IMG/VR virus record: IMGVR_UViG_3300045988_149737
Strand: one strand, 5' to 3'
From: a virus
Lineage: Duplodnaviria; Heunggongvirae; Uroviricota; Caudoviricetes
Length of the DNA: 64,000 nucleotides
Shown: piece by piece, positions 39,236 through 48,343 of the stretch
Layout of the letters: each line of letters starts with the position of its first letter
Position numbering within the stretch: position 1 is the first letter of the stretch
Notes under the pieces: model-generated
Told to the model about the DNA's origin: nothing
Seen by the model: only the letters and a program-made list of their open reading frames with translations
Databases searched by the model: none
Made by a program: the position numbers and the translations under genes

Positions 39236-39352
39236 TCCTCTTTAAATGGCGCGTAAACCGCGCCATTTTCTTATGCCCGATAATAATTTGTTTTCTGCCT
39301 TATCTGATTTGTGAAAATGATTTCACTGAAGCAACTTAATAAGGAAACCATC

Positions 39353-39727
39353 ATGGGACTTGATATCTACATCGAGACGCAGCCAAAAAACGATCTGAAT
39401 AATGAGGCATCCAGAAAGCGGGTTGCTCACTTCCGTAAGTTCAATGCGCTCGTTGGGTGGATGGAGCGCAACGTAGGTGAAGTCGAAAATTGTGAGCTTT
39501 TAGAATTAACGATGAATGACATTTGTTTTCTGAAGGCTCATTTGATGCACATAAACGAAAGCAATTGCGAAGAGTACTTGCCTACTCGGGAAGGTTTTTT
39601 CTTCGGCAGTCAGGAGTACGATGAAGGTTACTGGCATGATGTGGGGGAGTTGAAAGAGCTTGTGGAAGATCTGATTAAGAACCACGACTTTCACAATAAC
39701 AGACTGACCTTCTGCGCCTGGTGGTAA
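39353..39727 (+). CDS. hypothetical protein (124 aa)
   Basis: aaggaaacc RBS; preceded by TTTTCTGCC...GTGAAAAT promoter-like motif. Confidence 0.5.
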   Translation: MGLDIYIETQPKNDLNNEASRKRVAHFRKFNALVGWMERNVGEVENCELLELTMNDICFLKAHLMHINESNCEEYLPTREGFFFGSQEYDEGYWHDVGELKELVEDLIKNHDFHNNRLTFCAWW

Positions 39728-39729
39728 AT

Positions 39730-39873
39730 ATGGGCGATTTCAAGAAACGCCTGAAGGAAAGAGCCGAGATGGCCAGAAAGCAAAACGCCTCTTCTGTCAT
39801 CAGATACGCAAGGCAGTTTAGTCGCAACAACAAATCAGTTGAGGAAAAGATCCTTAGCGTAATCGAGCGATAA
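39730..39873 (+). CDS. hypothetical small basic protein (47 aa), below the ORF-track cutoff
   Basis: ATG 3 nt after the previous stop; MGDFKKRLKERAEMARKQ...; terminator agaccaccagcattggtggtct follows. Confidence 0.3.
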   Translation: MGDFKKRLKERAEMARKQNASSVIRYARQFSRNNKSVEEKILSVIER

Positions 39874-40028
39874 TTATTAAGACCACCAGCATTGGTGGTC
39901 TTAAATGACTTTTAATAACCGAAGGTTAATTTTAAACCTGGCTATCAACTTCCAGAACCTTTCTTGTGTATTCAGCCTGAATTAACTTCTTTTCTGCCTT
40001 ATCTACACTGCGATAATTACACCAACAA

Positions 40029-40044
40029 GAAAACAACATGTTTA
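40029..40044. promoter_or_regulatory. AAACAA-N-(A)TGTTT element (approximate)
   Basis: caagaaaacaacatgtttacgc upstream of ORF 40057. Confidence 0.4.
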
Positions 40045-40056
40045 CGCAGTGAGGAT

Positions 40057-40344
40057 ATGCACATGACTGATTTCACCATTACCCCAAAAGCACAAAATGT
40101 ATTCCTTGAATCATGGCTGGACTTGCCGGAAACAGAACAGCAAGAAATGGATCATGTGGAATATGACGAGCAGGTAAGCACGCGATTCTTCCACTTTGAG
40201 GGCTGCGTTTACGATATTGCCGACTTCATGAGAGATGACCGCTTCCCTGGATGGCACGCAAGCTATCCACTTAACGCCTTCGCCATGCTGATGATCCGTG
40301 TGGGTGATTCAGGGGATACCATCGACATCGGTCTGCTCCACTAA
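40057..40344 (+). CDS. hypothetical small early protein (95 aa)
   Basis: gtgaggat RBS; terminator aggccaccagcattggtggcct follows, near-identical to the one at about 39880. Confidence 0.5.
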   Translation: MHMTDFTITPKAQNVFLESWLDLPETEQQEMDHVEYDEQVSTRFFHFEGCVYDIADFMRDDRFPGWHASYPLNAFAMLMIRVGDSGDTIDIGLLH

Positions 40345-40548
40345 AGACTAAGGCCACCAGCATTGGTGGCCTTAAATGACCATCTTGTTTCCCGCAGGCT
40401 AAAAACACCAACCTCTTACCTCCAGGCAACCGACAAACCCACCTGTTCCCGTCCGGCTACCGCAACTTTCCACTTTGACGCCTTATTCGTACAACGATAA
40501 TTAACACCAACAAGAAAACAATTTGTTATTTACGATAAGGAATTAATC

Positions 40549-41031
40549 ATGAATTTTATCGCTACTGTAAACGCACCCGCACATGGCAATATCGCTGTAA
40601 CGTTCTCTGACATTGAAAAACGAGTACTTGGTGCATGGCGCGACAATGAGACGGTAGAACTGTCAGAACAAGAAAAATGCATTATTGCACGCGACATCAT
40701 TGGCAATCGTCGTTACTCGCGGGTATTTGAGAAAGCATATGTGGTAAATTCTGGATTCGGAACGTTCGTCTTCCCGGTACGCTCCGGGCGATTCTGCCAG
40801 TCCAAGCTGATTGAGTTCGCTACGCAGATTTCTGTCTGGATTAAAACTCAATCGTCGTTCAAATTTTCCGACGATGAAGCAGTATCGCAGGGGATGCGGA
40901 TCGCCAACAATGCGATTAAATGCAAAAATATTACGTATACCGCTGGCGTTGACACATGGAAACTGTTTTGCGCTAACTTTATGCTGAATGTATACGCAAG
41001 CAACCGCATCCACATCCTTGATGGCGTGTAA
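40549..41031 (+). CDS. hypothetical protein (160 aa)
   Basis: Preceded by caagaaaacaatttgtt motif. Confidence 0.5.
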   Translation: MNFIATVNAPAHGNIAVTFSDIEKRVLGAWRDNETVELSEQEKCIIARDIIGNRRYSRVFEKAYVVNSGFGTFVFPVRSGRFCQSKLIEFATQISVWIKTQSSFKFSDDEAVSQGMRIANNAIKCKNITYTAGVDTWKLFCANFMLNVYASNRIHILDGV

Positions 41032-41039
41032 CTGAGAAG

Positions 41040-41170
41040 AGGGCCAGAAACGGCCCTTTCTCTATAGCCACCAGCTGCCGCAGGGAAATTTTCAGAAACG
41101 GCGAGGAACGCATTCATGAGCCGACGGGGAACGGCCAGGATTTTTTCGGGAAACGGCTGCATTCGCCTTT
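41040..41170. repeat. Second array of GGGAAACGG-type direct repeats (about 5 units)
   Basis: cagaaacggcc, cagggaaatttt, cagaaacggcg, cggggaacggcc, cgggaaacggctg. Confidence 0.45.
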
Positions 41171-41539
41171 ATATAGAAAAAACATCGGGAAGCTGGTGGA
41201 ATCCAACCAGCGGTTGTCGGACAGGTGAGCGGGGAAAATTATGATGACTTTCGTCGCCTGAGACATCCAGATTTCTTTCGTAGCGTAATCACATATGTGA
41301 TTAAGTGGTGTGATTATGTGAAAAATCACGCGCACATAATACGCGAGCGGATACGGAACAAAACAAAATGCCGATCCGCGCCGACAATTAAACGCGGATC
41401 ATAAAGCAAGAATAAAAGCCAATGATTAACCATACACCATAGCGCAATATAACGCGTTTTAAGCGCGTTAATGTGTTGAGTAATGGGTATGTACTGGTAA
41501 GGATATAAAAGCGCGTCTGTGGCGTTATTTTGGCGCTTA

Positions 41540-41650
41540 TTTTATGTTGTTGGAGTGAGTCAAAGACAATAAAAAAGCGCCATCATTGGCGCGTTATGGT
41601 GGAAGTATTAGAAACGAAAAAAGCGCCCATAGTGGGCGCTAGATTTTATT
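41540..41650. terminator. Cluster of three A-tract/hairpin/T-tract terminators at a convergent transcription boundary
   Basis: agcgcgtctgtggcgtt, agcgccatcattggcgcg, agcgcccatagtgggcgct each flanked by A and T runs; a fourth copy near 41881-41915. Confidence 0.5.
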
Positions 41651-41876
41651 TATGTAAACTGATTTCAAATCCCATTTCTACAAACGCTTTTAACATTAAA
41701 AATATATCAGCGTCATTCACGTCTGCTTTTTTTCGCTCCTGGTCGCTCAATAAGTCAATTTTGCGCGTCGTTTCATCGATAAACTCGACTGCGCGCCCAG
41801 CGTAACCAGCGATCCCAGCGATGCGATTAACAAAATATTCATTGCGCACGTTAACGCCAGAGATAAGAATAAACAT
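41646..41876 (-). CDS. hypothetical protein (76 aa), low-GC
   Basis: Flanked on both sides by near-identical hairpins aaagcgcccatagtgggcgc. Confidence 0.4.
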   Translation of the reverse strand: MFILISGVNVRNEYFVNRIAGIAGYAGRAVEFIDETTRKIDLLSDQERKKADVNDADIFLMLKAFVEMGFEISLHK

Positions 41877-41923
41877 GATTAAGCTCCTTAAAAGCGCCCA
41901 TAGTGGGCGCCAGATTCCATTAA

Positions 41924-42574
41924 TTACGCTTTGAAAGCATCAGCCAGATAGTTATAGAAATCATTTTTAATAAAGCGATATTGCTGCGTACCAGCTTTTG
42001 CGCTTCCCATTCCTTTGACTTTCTCAACAAGTCCAAGACGTTCGCAAAGATTGATAAGCTGGTTGGCTTGAGTGTATCCTGCGTCTAATTTTATTTCGTT
42101 GGCTTTTTTCGCTTCATTCATTAAATCGAAAACAGCGCCATTTGTGAACGTCTCGATCTCGTCGTTAATCATATCGATTAATGCGAATACACGAGATCCG
42201 GACATATCAGCGACGGAATAAACACACTTTCCAGCTTTAATGGATTTAACCAGATAAACCAGTTTTTCCAGAGAGTAACTATTAGCCATTGCATCACGGA
42301 AAAATACTTCTGGCGCTTGTTTGCTTGCTTTGATCGCATAGTAGAAAACAGAGCACAATTTTTCGTCTTCTACAGCGTTTACAACGTTGTTGATGAAGTA
42401 AGCAAGTTTAGTGGTCGCAGCTTGCATATTTGCTTTATCTGCTTTGGTGTGCGTACCATTTTTATAATGTTCGTTATATGTTTGAGTTGCCAGATCTGCT
42501 TTTTCGCGCAGTTCATCGGATACAATGGAAGCAGCTTCAACGATGGATTTTTTAGAAATGATAATGTTAGCCAT
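41924..42574 (-). CDS. hypothetical protein (216 aa), low-GC
   Basis: ORF with AT-rich upstream region. Confidence 0.5.
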   Translation of the reverse strand: MANIIISKKSIVEAASIVSDELREKADLATQTYNEHYKNGTHTKADKANMQAATTKLAYFINNVVNAVEDEKLCSVFYYAIKASKQAPEVFFRDAMANSYSLEKLVYLVKSIKAGKCVYSVADMSGSRVFALIDMINDEIETFTNGAVFDLMNEAKKANEIKLDAGYTQANQLINLCERLGLVEKVKGMGSAKAGTQQYRFIKNDFYNYLADAFKA

Positions 42575-42857
42575 GATAATTTTTCCTTATGTAAATTTAA
42601 AATTTATTGTCGTTAGCGTCTTCGCTTTCGACGAGTTCAATTATCGATATGCGAAAAAAGATTGCAAGTGTTTTTTTAAAATTTTTTGCAGGGATGAAAG
42701 TCCTAGAAATAAAAGCGAGATCGTCGAAGGTGTTCCCTAAATAAATAATCGATTCCGGCTTTAGACCTTATATATATTTAGGTTATTTGATTTATAGATA
42801 TAAAGAAGTGATGTGAAAAATAATAACCGGACTTAGCCGGTTATTAACCTTATAGAT

Positions 42858-43166
42858 TTATTGAACAGACTCTACAGCCTTACGATTGGTGTCAAATAGC
42901 GCATCAACGAACTGTGCCGATGACTCGCTAGATTCGCAATCCAACATTGCCCGTTCTTCATTTGCCACTTTCTTACACAGTTCCACACTCTCACCTATCG
43001 CTTTTCCTGCTTTTACGGCTGCCGAAAATTGATACATGCAAACTGATACATTCTGAGACGTTGAGCACACGTCATTCATCAGCGACTGAATGACAGGCTT
43101 ATAGTCCATTGCATTTGCCGCAACTGAGCAAAGTAAAAATAATGGTGGTAACAATATCGATTTCAT
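42858..43166 (-). CDS. small secreted protein (102 aa) with signal peptide
   Basis: MKSILLPPLFLLCSVAANA-MDYK signal peptide with AxA cleavage site. Confidence 0.45.
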   Translation of the reverse strand: MKSILLPPLFLLCSVAANAMDYKPVIQSLMNDVCSTSQNVSVCMYQFSAAVKAGKAIGESVELCKKVANEERAMLDCESSESSAQFVDALFDTNRKAVESVQ

Positions 43167-43169
43167 AAC

Positions 43170-43772
43170 TCAAAAAGGCAAAATTCGTTCAACCCAATCG
43201 AACAAAACAACTATTTTTCTACCGTTCTCGACACGTAGTGTAACCTGACAAGCATCTGCGCCTGCTGACACCCCCTCAATTTCACGGCCATCCGCCATGT
43301 ACACCCTTATAGATTTGTTTGCTTTGTAGGCTTGGTTGCAAATTGCAAAAAAATCGCGGCGTGATGGCCGATTATCGACATAATCAGGGTGAACTGTTAG
43401 TCGACCTTTGAAATCGTGAGCGATACTGTCAACCACACCTGATTCAATTGTACTAATGCGTTCAAGTGGGAGCCTTATACGATTTTCTTTGTCAAAAGGG
43501 GCTGGGCAAAGGTCAACTTTGTTACGAGATGGCATGAGGCCATAAACGTACATGCAAAACGCCTGGCCATCTTCGAGAGTGACCCTTACAGGAATTTGTT
43601 CTCTGCGCCAGAACATCAGTAGTTTTTCAACGTTAGTGTAATCTCGCGGCCAGAGTTCAGCTTGGATACCGTAGGTAATATCTTTGGTTGTCATGTCATC
43701 ACAGAGTTGTTGGCAGAATGTCGATGTCACCAGAATTGCTGGTGAACACCCTGAACGCTTTTGTGTCTCCAT
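43170..43772 (-). CDS. hypothetical protein (200 aa, start uncertain; an internal Met would give 174 aa ending at 43694)
   Basis: The track start overlaps the upstream lipoprotein gene by about 70 nt. Confidence 0.45.
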   Translation of the reverse strand: METQKRSGCSPAILVTSTFCQQLCDDMTTKDITYGIQAELWPRDYTNVEKLLMFWRREQIPVRVTLEDGQAFCMYVYGLMPSRNKVDLCPAPFDKENRIRLPLERISTIESGVVDSIAHDFKGRLTVHPDYVDNRPSRRDFFAICNQAYKANKSIRVYMADGREIEGVSAGADACQVTLRVENGRKIVVLFDWVERILPF

Positions 43773-44121
43773 TCTTCAGAGTCGTTTCTCGCTCTTGACG
43801 AGCGGGGTTTAGAGCACATAAACCTGCACCTTCAAGAGATGCACCCACAATTAATTCTCCGGCATTTAAATGAAAAGTCGCTTTTTCGCCTGTAGCCAGT
43901 TTTGCGACAGTTTCGCCATTGATGAAAATGGAAGCATCACATCCAGCTCCTACAAAACCTGTGTCTCTCATTACCACCAACGTAGCTGGCGCTGCGCTTT
44001 GATACTTGAACACTTTGGCCTGCGGTGCTGGTTTGGCGTCATGGATTGATATTGGACGTGATTGGCACGCGGTAAGCATCAACACTGGTAACGTTAGTAG
44101 AGGGAGAAGCGAGTGTTTCAT
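43699..44121 (-). CDS. lipoprotein (about 140 aa)
   Basis: Start chosen at MKHSLLPLLTLPVLMLTAC, a typical lipobox (L-T-A-C). Confidence 0.55.
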   Translation of the reverse strand: MKHSLLPLLTLPVLMLTACQSRPISIHDAKPAPQAKVFKYQSAAPATLVVMRDTGFVGAGCDASIFINGETVAKLATGEKATFHLNAGELIVGASLEGAGLCALNPARQERETTLKNGDTKAFRVFTSNSGDIDILPTTL

Positions 44122-44189
44122 GTTAGTTTTAGAACAGAAAGTGAACAGTATGGGAGACTTCATCTTTGTCTCCCTAATTGATAGCGTGA

Positions 44190-44468
44190 TTATTTTAATC
44201 TGCTTAATAGCGTTTCGAGATCTTCCTTTGTCATATTAGAGTTCTCATAGATACGCATGATTTTCTCACGAGTCTTAGCGGAAGCCCCGACAGAAGATAT
44301 AACCTTGTCAAAGTCGGCCATTGTCAATTGTTCCAGAATGGTATTTATGACTTCAGCCTTAGACATTTTGATATTTTTTTCTTTTAGTTTCACTTGAAAC
44401 TTTCCAAGTTTGTCATTGGCCTTATCAGACAATGCTACCTGACAGTAAGTTGTTTTCTTTTCACTCAT
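44190..44468 (-). CDS. hypothetical protein (92 aa), possible ribbon-helix-helix DNA-binding protein
   Basis: Coupled downstream of the helicase; N-terminal beta-strand-like TTYCQVALSDKANDKL. Confidence 0.4.
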   Translation of the reverse strand: MSEKKTTYCQVALSDKANDKLGKFQVKLKEKNIKMSKAEVINTILEQLTMADFDKVISSVGASAKTREKIMRIYENSNMTKEDLETLLSRLK

Positions 44469-44470
44469 AA

Positions 44471-46030
44471 CTAATCTCGTTTCAGAACTCCAAAATCGAA
44501 TGCTCCATCAATAGGCAATACACCTTCTGCAAAGCCAGGTGTGGTGTCGATGATGTGTTTTCGCTCATAAGAGTGAGACAACAGGTATTTGTTGCTAATG
44601 TCAATGAAATCAGTGATAAAACACACGTTTGCCTGATTTTTTTTTGCTCGTAAGCCACGACCGACACGCTGTCTCATTTCAACTTCTGCTTTCCCACCAC
44701 CAGCAAGAATGACCGCACCAACGCTTGGCACATCAACACCGACATCCAGAATAGTCGAGCCTATTAAAACATCTATTTCACCAGACGCTAAACTATTCAG
44801 CTTTGCTTGCCTTGTCGTCTGGTTAGATTCCCCATAGATGAAATCAACTTTAAGACCTGACTCCTTCATCATCTCCATCAGGATTTGCCCGTGGCGTTTA
44901 AGACGAACCAGAGTCATGCAGTTGAGTGAATGTTGCTTATAAAGCAATGCCTCGCGCACTATGGCCTCGTTACGTCCCAAATTATACACGATCCCCAACT
45001 GATAAGCCTTTTGGTAGGCGGTGCTCATACCAACTCTAAAATTGAGGTGTTTGTTGGCAAGTTCGGCCTTGATTCTGGCCTCGTCTGGCTTGTAGGCAAC
45101 TTTATGATAAAGGAAGTACGGCTTTGCCAGAATGCCTCGATCAATCAGGTACTTTTCTGTGACTTTAATTTCAATTCGCCCGGCCACCGCCATCAGGCGC
45201 ATGTTGGCTTCCGTCGAATCCTTCATGAACGGCGTGGCTGTAAGCGCCAGACGATAGTCTGCGTTCACACATAATCTGGCGATGTCATAGAAATTTGAGC
45301 CTGAAGACTCATGCGCCTCTTCCAGAATAAGAAGAGAGACACTTGAAAGGAAGCGTTTCACCAACTCCCGACGTTTGAGGTGGTAGCTTTTCTTATCTGG
45401 TGTTGCATCGCGTGGTGGTTCTTCGAGGAAACTTGCAAGAGTTTGAACTGTAGCGACGTTGATATGTCGTGATACCTGGAACTCACCCGAGCCAATGACT
45501 CCAACCTTTTGGTCTTTTAACCACGGTTCGCCATTTTCGGCGCGGTAGTCGATGGATCTCTGGAAGTTTTCGGCCATTTGAAACATCAGAACAGAGCGGG
45601 TTGTTAAAAATAATGTCATTCGACCGATACGTGCAGCTGCTTTGCAGGCAACGTTAGATTTCCCGCCACCAGTAGCGATCTGCGCAATCATCATTCCCTC
45701 TCGAACCAGTGTTTCCACAGTCTGATCCTGATACGCATAATCAGGATTGTATGGGAATGGGTTAACCGCTGGATTTGGTTTACCAAGCGCCGGGGCTTTG
45801 TCTTTGCGGATATGAACACATTTGATGCCCGCCTTGTTCAAGTTCGCCGCTACAGGCTTGGCAAAGCCAGCAGGGAACGAGTTTTTACTCCAGTTGAACA
45901 TCGTGCTTGTGCCCTTCCAGTCGCCAGTCTCGACTTCGTAGCTCAACATTTGCTGCACCAGTTGCTTTACCTTGTCATCTGCGCCAGAAATAAGCGCATT
46001 TACTGCGTTAGATACAATCCGAACAGTCAT
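44471..46030 (-). CDS. Superfamily 2 DNA helicase (DExH-box)
   Basis: Walker A ATGGGKS, motif II LILEEAHE, later helicase-C-like region. Confidence 0.7.
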   Translation of the reverse strand: MTVRIVSNAVNALISGADDKVKQLVQQMLSYEVETGDWKGTSTMFNWSKNSFPAGFAKPVAANLNKAGIKCVHIRKDKAPALGKPNPAVNPFPYNPDYAYQDQTVETLVREGMMIAQIATGGGKSNVACKAAARIGRMTLFLTTRSVLMFQMAENFQRSIDYRAENGEPWLKDQKVGVIGSGEFQVSRHINVATVQTLASFLEEPPRDATPDKKSYHLKRRELVKRFLSSVSLLILEEAHESSGSNFYDIARLCVNADYRLALTATPFMKDSTEANMRLMAVAGRIEIKVTEKYLIDRGILAKPYFLYHKVAYKPDEARIKAELANKHLNFRVGMSTAYQKAYQLGIVYNLGRNEAIVREALLYKQHSLNCMTLVRLKRHGQILMEMMKESGLKVDFIYGESNQTTRQAKLNSLASGEIDVLIGSTILDVGVDVPSVGAVILAGGGKAEVEMRQRVGRGLRAKKNQANVCFITDFIDISNKYLLSHSYERKHIIDTTPGFAEGVLPIDGAFDFGVLKRD

Positions 46031-46094
46031 AAACCTCTTTCCTTAGTGCCTTTTGTATGTTATTTGGCTATTATAATAAGTAAGTGATTACTTA

Positions 46095-46793
46095 GTGGAT
46101 TGTAGCAATAAAATGGATGTAAAAATCACGATTTTGCAGGTTGATGTTGCCAACCTTCGCCCGAATACCTGGAACACCAATTCGGTTGGTGCGCAGAATT
46201 TTGAAAAACTGAAAGGTTCTATCGAAAAATTGGGCTTTTTTAAGCCAATTTTGGCTCGTGAACTTGAAGATGGATTTTTTGAAATCCTCGGCGGCGAACA
46301 TCGCTGGCGTGCCGCTATTGAGCAAGGAATTTCAACGGTTCCGGTGCTTTCTGTGGGCAAAATTAGCGATGTCGTAGCTAAACAGATGTCACTGGTGGAC
46401 AACGAGCGATACGGTGAAGACGACCAAATCGCATTGCAACGCTTCATTGAAGAAATTCAGTCAGAACTTGACTATCAACTGTCTGAAATCGCCCCGTATG
46501 ACGACGAAATCTCGATGGTTTTAGCAAAAGAGGCTGCAATCGACCTTGAAGCACTGGAGGCGTTGTCTCGTGGTAGTGATGAGCCTGTCGATACCGACAA
46601 ACGAGAGAAAACCGAACGTGTGGGTGCGGAACATCAGACCATGCGCTTCAAAGTAACTTTCGATGCGTCAGATCGTGTTGCAGAAACCATAAAAAACATC
46701 ATCAAAGAGCAGGCTATTAACACCGGTAATGAAATGGAGAACGCTGGTGAGGCTCTGGTGTGGCTGGTCGACTACTACAAGGAGCGTATGTAA
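46095..46793 (+). CDS. ParB-like N-terminal domain (ParB/Srx nuclease-type) protein, GTG start
   Basis: LRPNTWNTN and ILGGEHRWRAAIEQGISTVPV match the ParB N-domain pattern. Confidence 0.6.
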   Translation: MDCSNKMDVKITILQVDVANLRPNTWNTNSVGAQNFEKLKGSIEKLGFFKPILARELEDGFFEILGGEHRWRAAIEQGISTVPVLSVGKISDVVAKQMSLVDNERYGEDDQIALQRFIEEIQSELDYQLSEIAPYDDEISMVLAKEAAIDLEALEALSRGSDEPVDTDKREKTERVGAEHQTMRFKVTFDASDRVAETIKNIIKEQAINTGNEMENAGEALVWLVDYYKERM

Positions 46794-47461
46794 TGACCAA
46801 AAAGTTTGAAATCGTATATCGCGACCCGGCAGATCTTATTCCCTATGAGATGAATGCCAAAAAGCATGATGAACAGCAGATCAGAGATCTGGCCGCAGCC
46901 ATTAAAAAGCGCGGATTTGACCAGCCAATTACGGTCGATAAGAACGACGTAATTATTACTGGCCACGGCCGCCGTGAGGCTGCAATTTTTGCTGGACTTG
47001 AGCGTGTACCGGTTATTGTTCGTGATGATCTGAGTGATGACGAGGTACGTGCAAAGCGCCTTGAAGATAACCGACTTGCCAGCATTGATTACGATGCAAT
47101 TAAGCTACAGAAAGAGCTTGAGTCGCTTGTTCTGGACGATATCGAGGTTTTCGGCTTTGAAGAGCGTGAGTTGAATGTTCTTGTTGGCAGTATGACAGAA
47201 GAAATGGACACCGACTCGCTAGTTATCGATCTTGGCGAAGAAACTAAACGACAGAAGGATGAACACACCGAGATCAGTCGCGAAGTTGCAGCGGAAGAAG
47301 TACGTGTTGTCGACGTATTGGGCTTTAAAACGCTTCCTGCTGGCTCTGCCATTGTTGTTGGTGATTTGCTTGCCCACATGGAAGAAATGACGGGAGAAAG
47401 CGGGGTAGACGCATTTGTGGCATATGCGGAGAAGATCTCTTCCGGGGAGATGGCTGCATGA
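46793..47461 (+). CDS. Second ParB-like N-terminal domain protein
   Basis: ITGHGRREAAIFAGLERVPVIV; start moved to the ATG overlapping the previous stop (TAATG). Confidence 0.6.
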   Translation: MTKKFEIVYRDPADLIPYEMNAKKHDEQQIRDLAAAIKKRGFDQPITVDKNDVIITGHGRREAAIFAGLERVPVIVRDDLSDDEVRAKRLEDNRLASIDYDAIKLQKELESLVLDDIEVFGFEERELNVLVGSMTEEMDTDSLVIDLGEETKRQKDEHTEISREVAAEEVRVVDVLGFKTLPAGSAIVVGDLLAHMEEMTGESGVDAFVAYAEKISSGEMAA

Positions 47462-48096
47462 GCAAATACATCATCAACGTATCGTTTCAGACTCGCGTAA
47501 ATAAAACCACGCGCACGCTGGAAATCGCCGAGTCGTTCGGGCTTGGTCTGGACGAAAAAGAGTGGGCGCTTTACGACAATCTGGAGCTGGAAGTAAAGCA
47601 GGGCGATGTGGTGTACATCACCGGCCAATCCGGTTCAGGTAAATCCGTTGTGTTGCGCGAGCTGCAACGCCAGATGAAGGATGAAGGGCTTTCTGTAGCT
47701 TCTATTGATGACTTTACCTTCGATAATGAGGTTAACGTCATTGATCAACTGGGCAAAACTACCAGTGATGCGCTTGGGTTGTTATCTATGGCCGGATTGA
47801 ATGACGCCTATCTCTTTGTGCGTAAGCCATCCGAGATGTCTGACGGCCAGAAATACCGTCTCAAGATCGCCAAGCTGATCGAGTCCGGCGCGAAAGTCTG
47901 GGCTGCCGACGAATTTGGCGCTGTTCTCGACCGTGTAACCGCCCAGGTTGTGGCGTCGAACCTCCAGCGTGCCGCCCGTAAGGTTGGTGCGACGGTAATG
48001 GTGGCGACGACCCACGAAGACCTGAAGAACGCGCTGCGCCCGGATATGCAGATCACCAAGCACTACAAAGAACGCGTGAAGGTGGAATATGCCTGA
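47458..48096 (+). CDS. Small ABC-type ATPase
   Basis: Walker A GQSGSGKS, signature-like MSDGQKYR, Walker B VWAADE, H-loop TTHE. Confidence 0.6.
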   Translation: MSKYIINVSFQTRVNKTTRTLEIAESFGLGLDEKEWALYDNLELEVKQGDVVYITGQSGSGKSVVLRELQRQMKDEGLSVASIDDFTFDNEVNVIDQLGKTTSDALGLLSMAGLNDAYLFVRKPSEMSDGQKYRLKIAKLIESGAKVWAADEFGAVLDRVTAQVVASNLQRAARKVGATVMVATTHEDLKNALRPDMQITKHYKERVKVEYA

Positions 48097-48343
48097 TTTG
48101 AAGATCGTAGAGCTGAAGCCATCGAAAGAGGCTGACAACAACAACGTTGAAGTCATCCGCCTGCTGGAAGAAGCACTCCAGTACGCCAGAGAAGGCAAAA
48201 GCCAGAGCCTGGCACTGCTGATGATCAACAACGACGGCAGTGTGCTGGATTGCTGGCATAACGGTGGGCGTCCATACGTCATGGTTGGGGCGATGGAATC
48301 GCTTCGCCTGGACTTCATCAATGCCAATATCGAGCGTAGGTGA
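48089..48343 (+). CDS. hypothetical protein (84 aa)
   Basis: Coupled ORF. Confidence 0.4.
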   Translation: MPDLKIVELKPSKEADNNNVEVIRLLEEALQYAREGKSQSLALLMINNDGSVLDCWHNGGRPYVMVGAMESLRLDFINANIERR

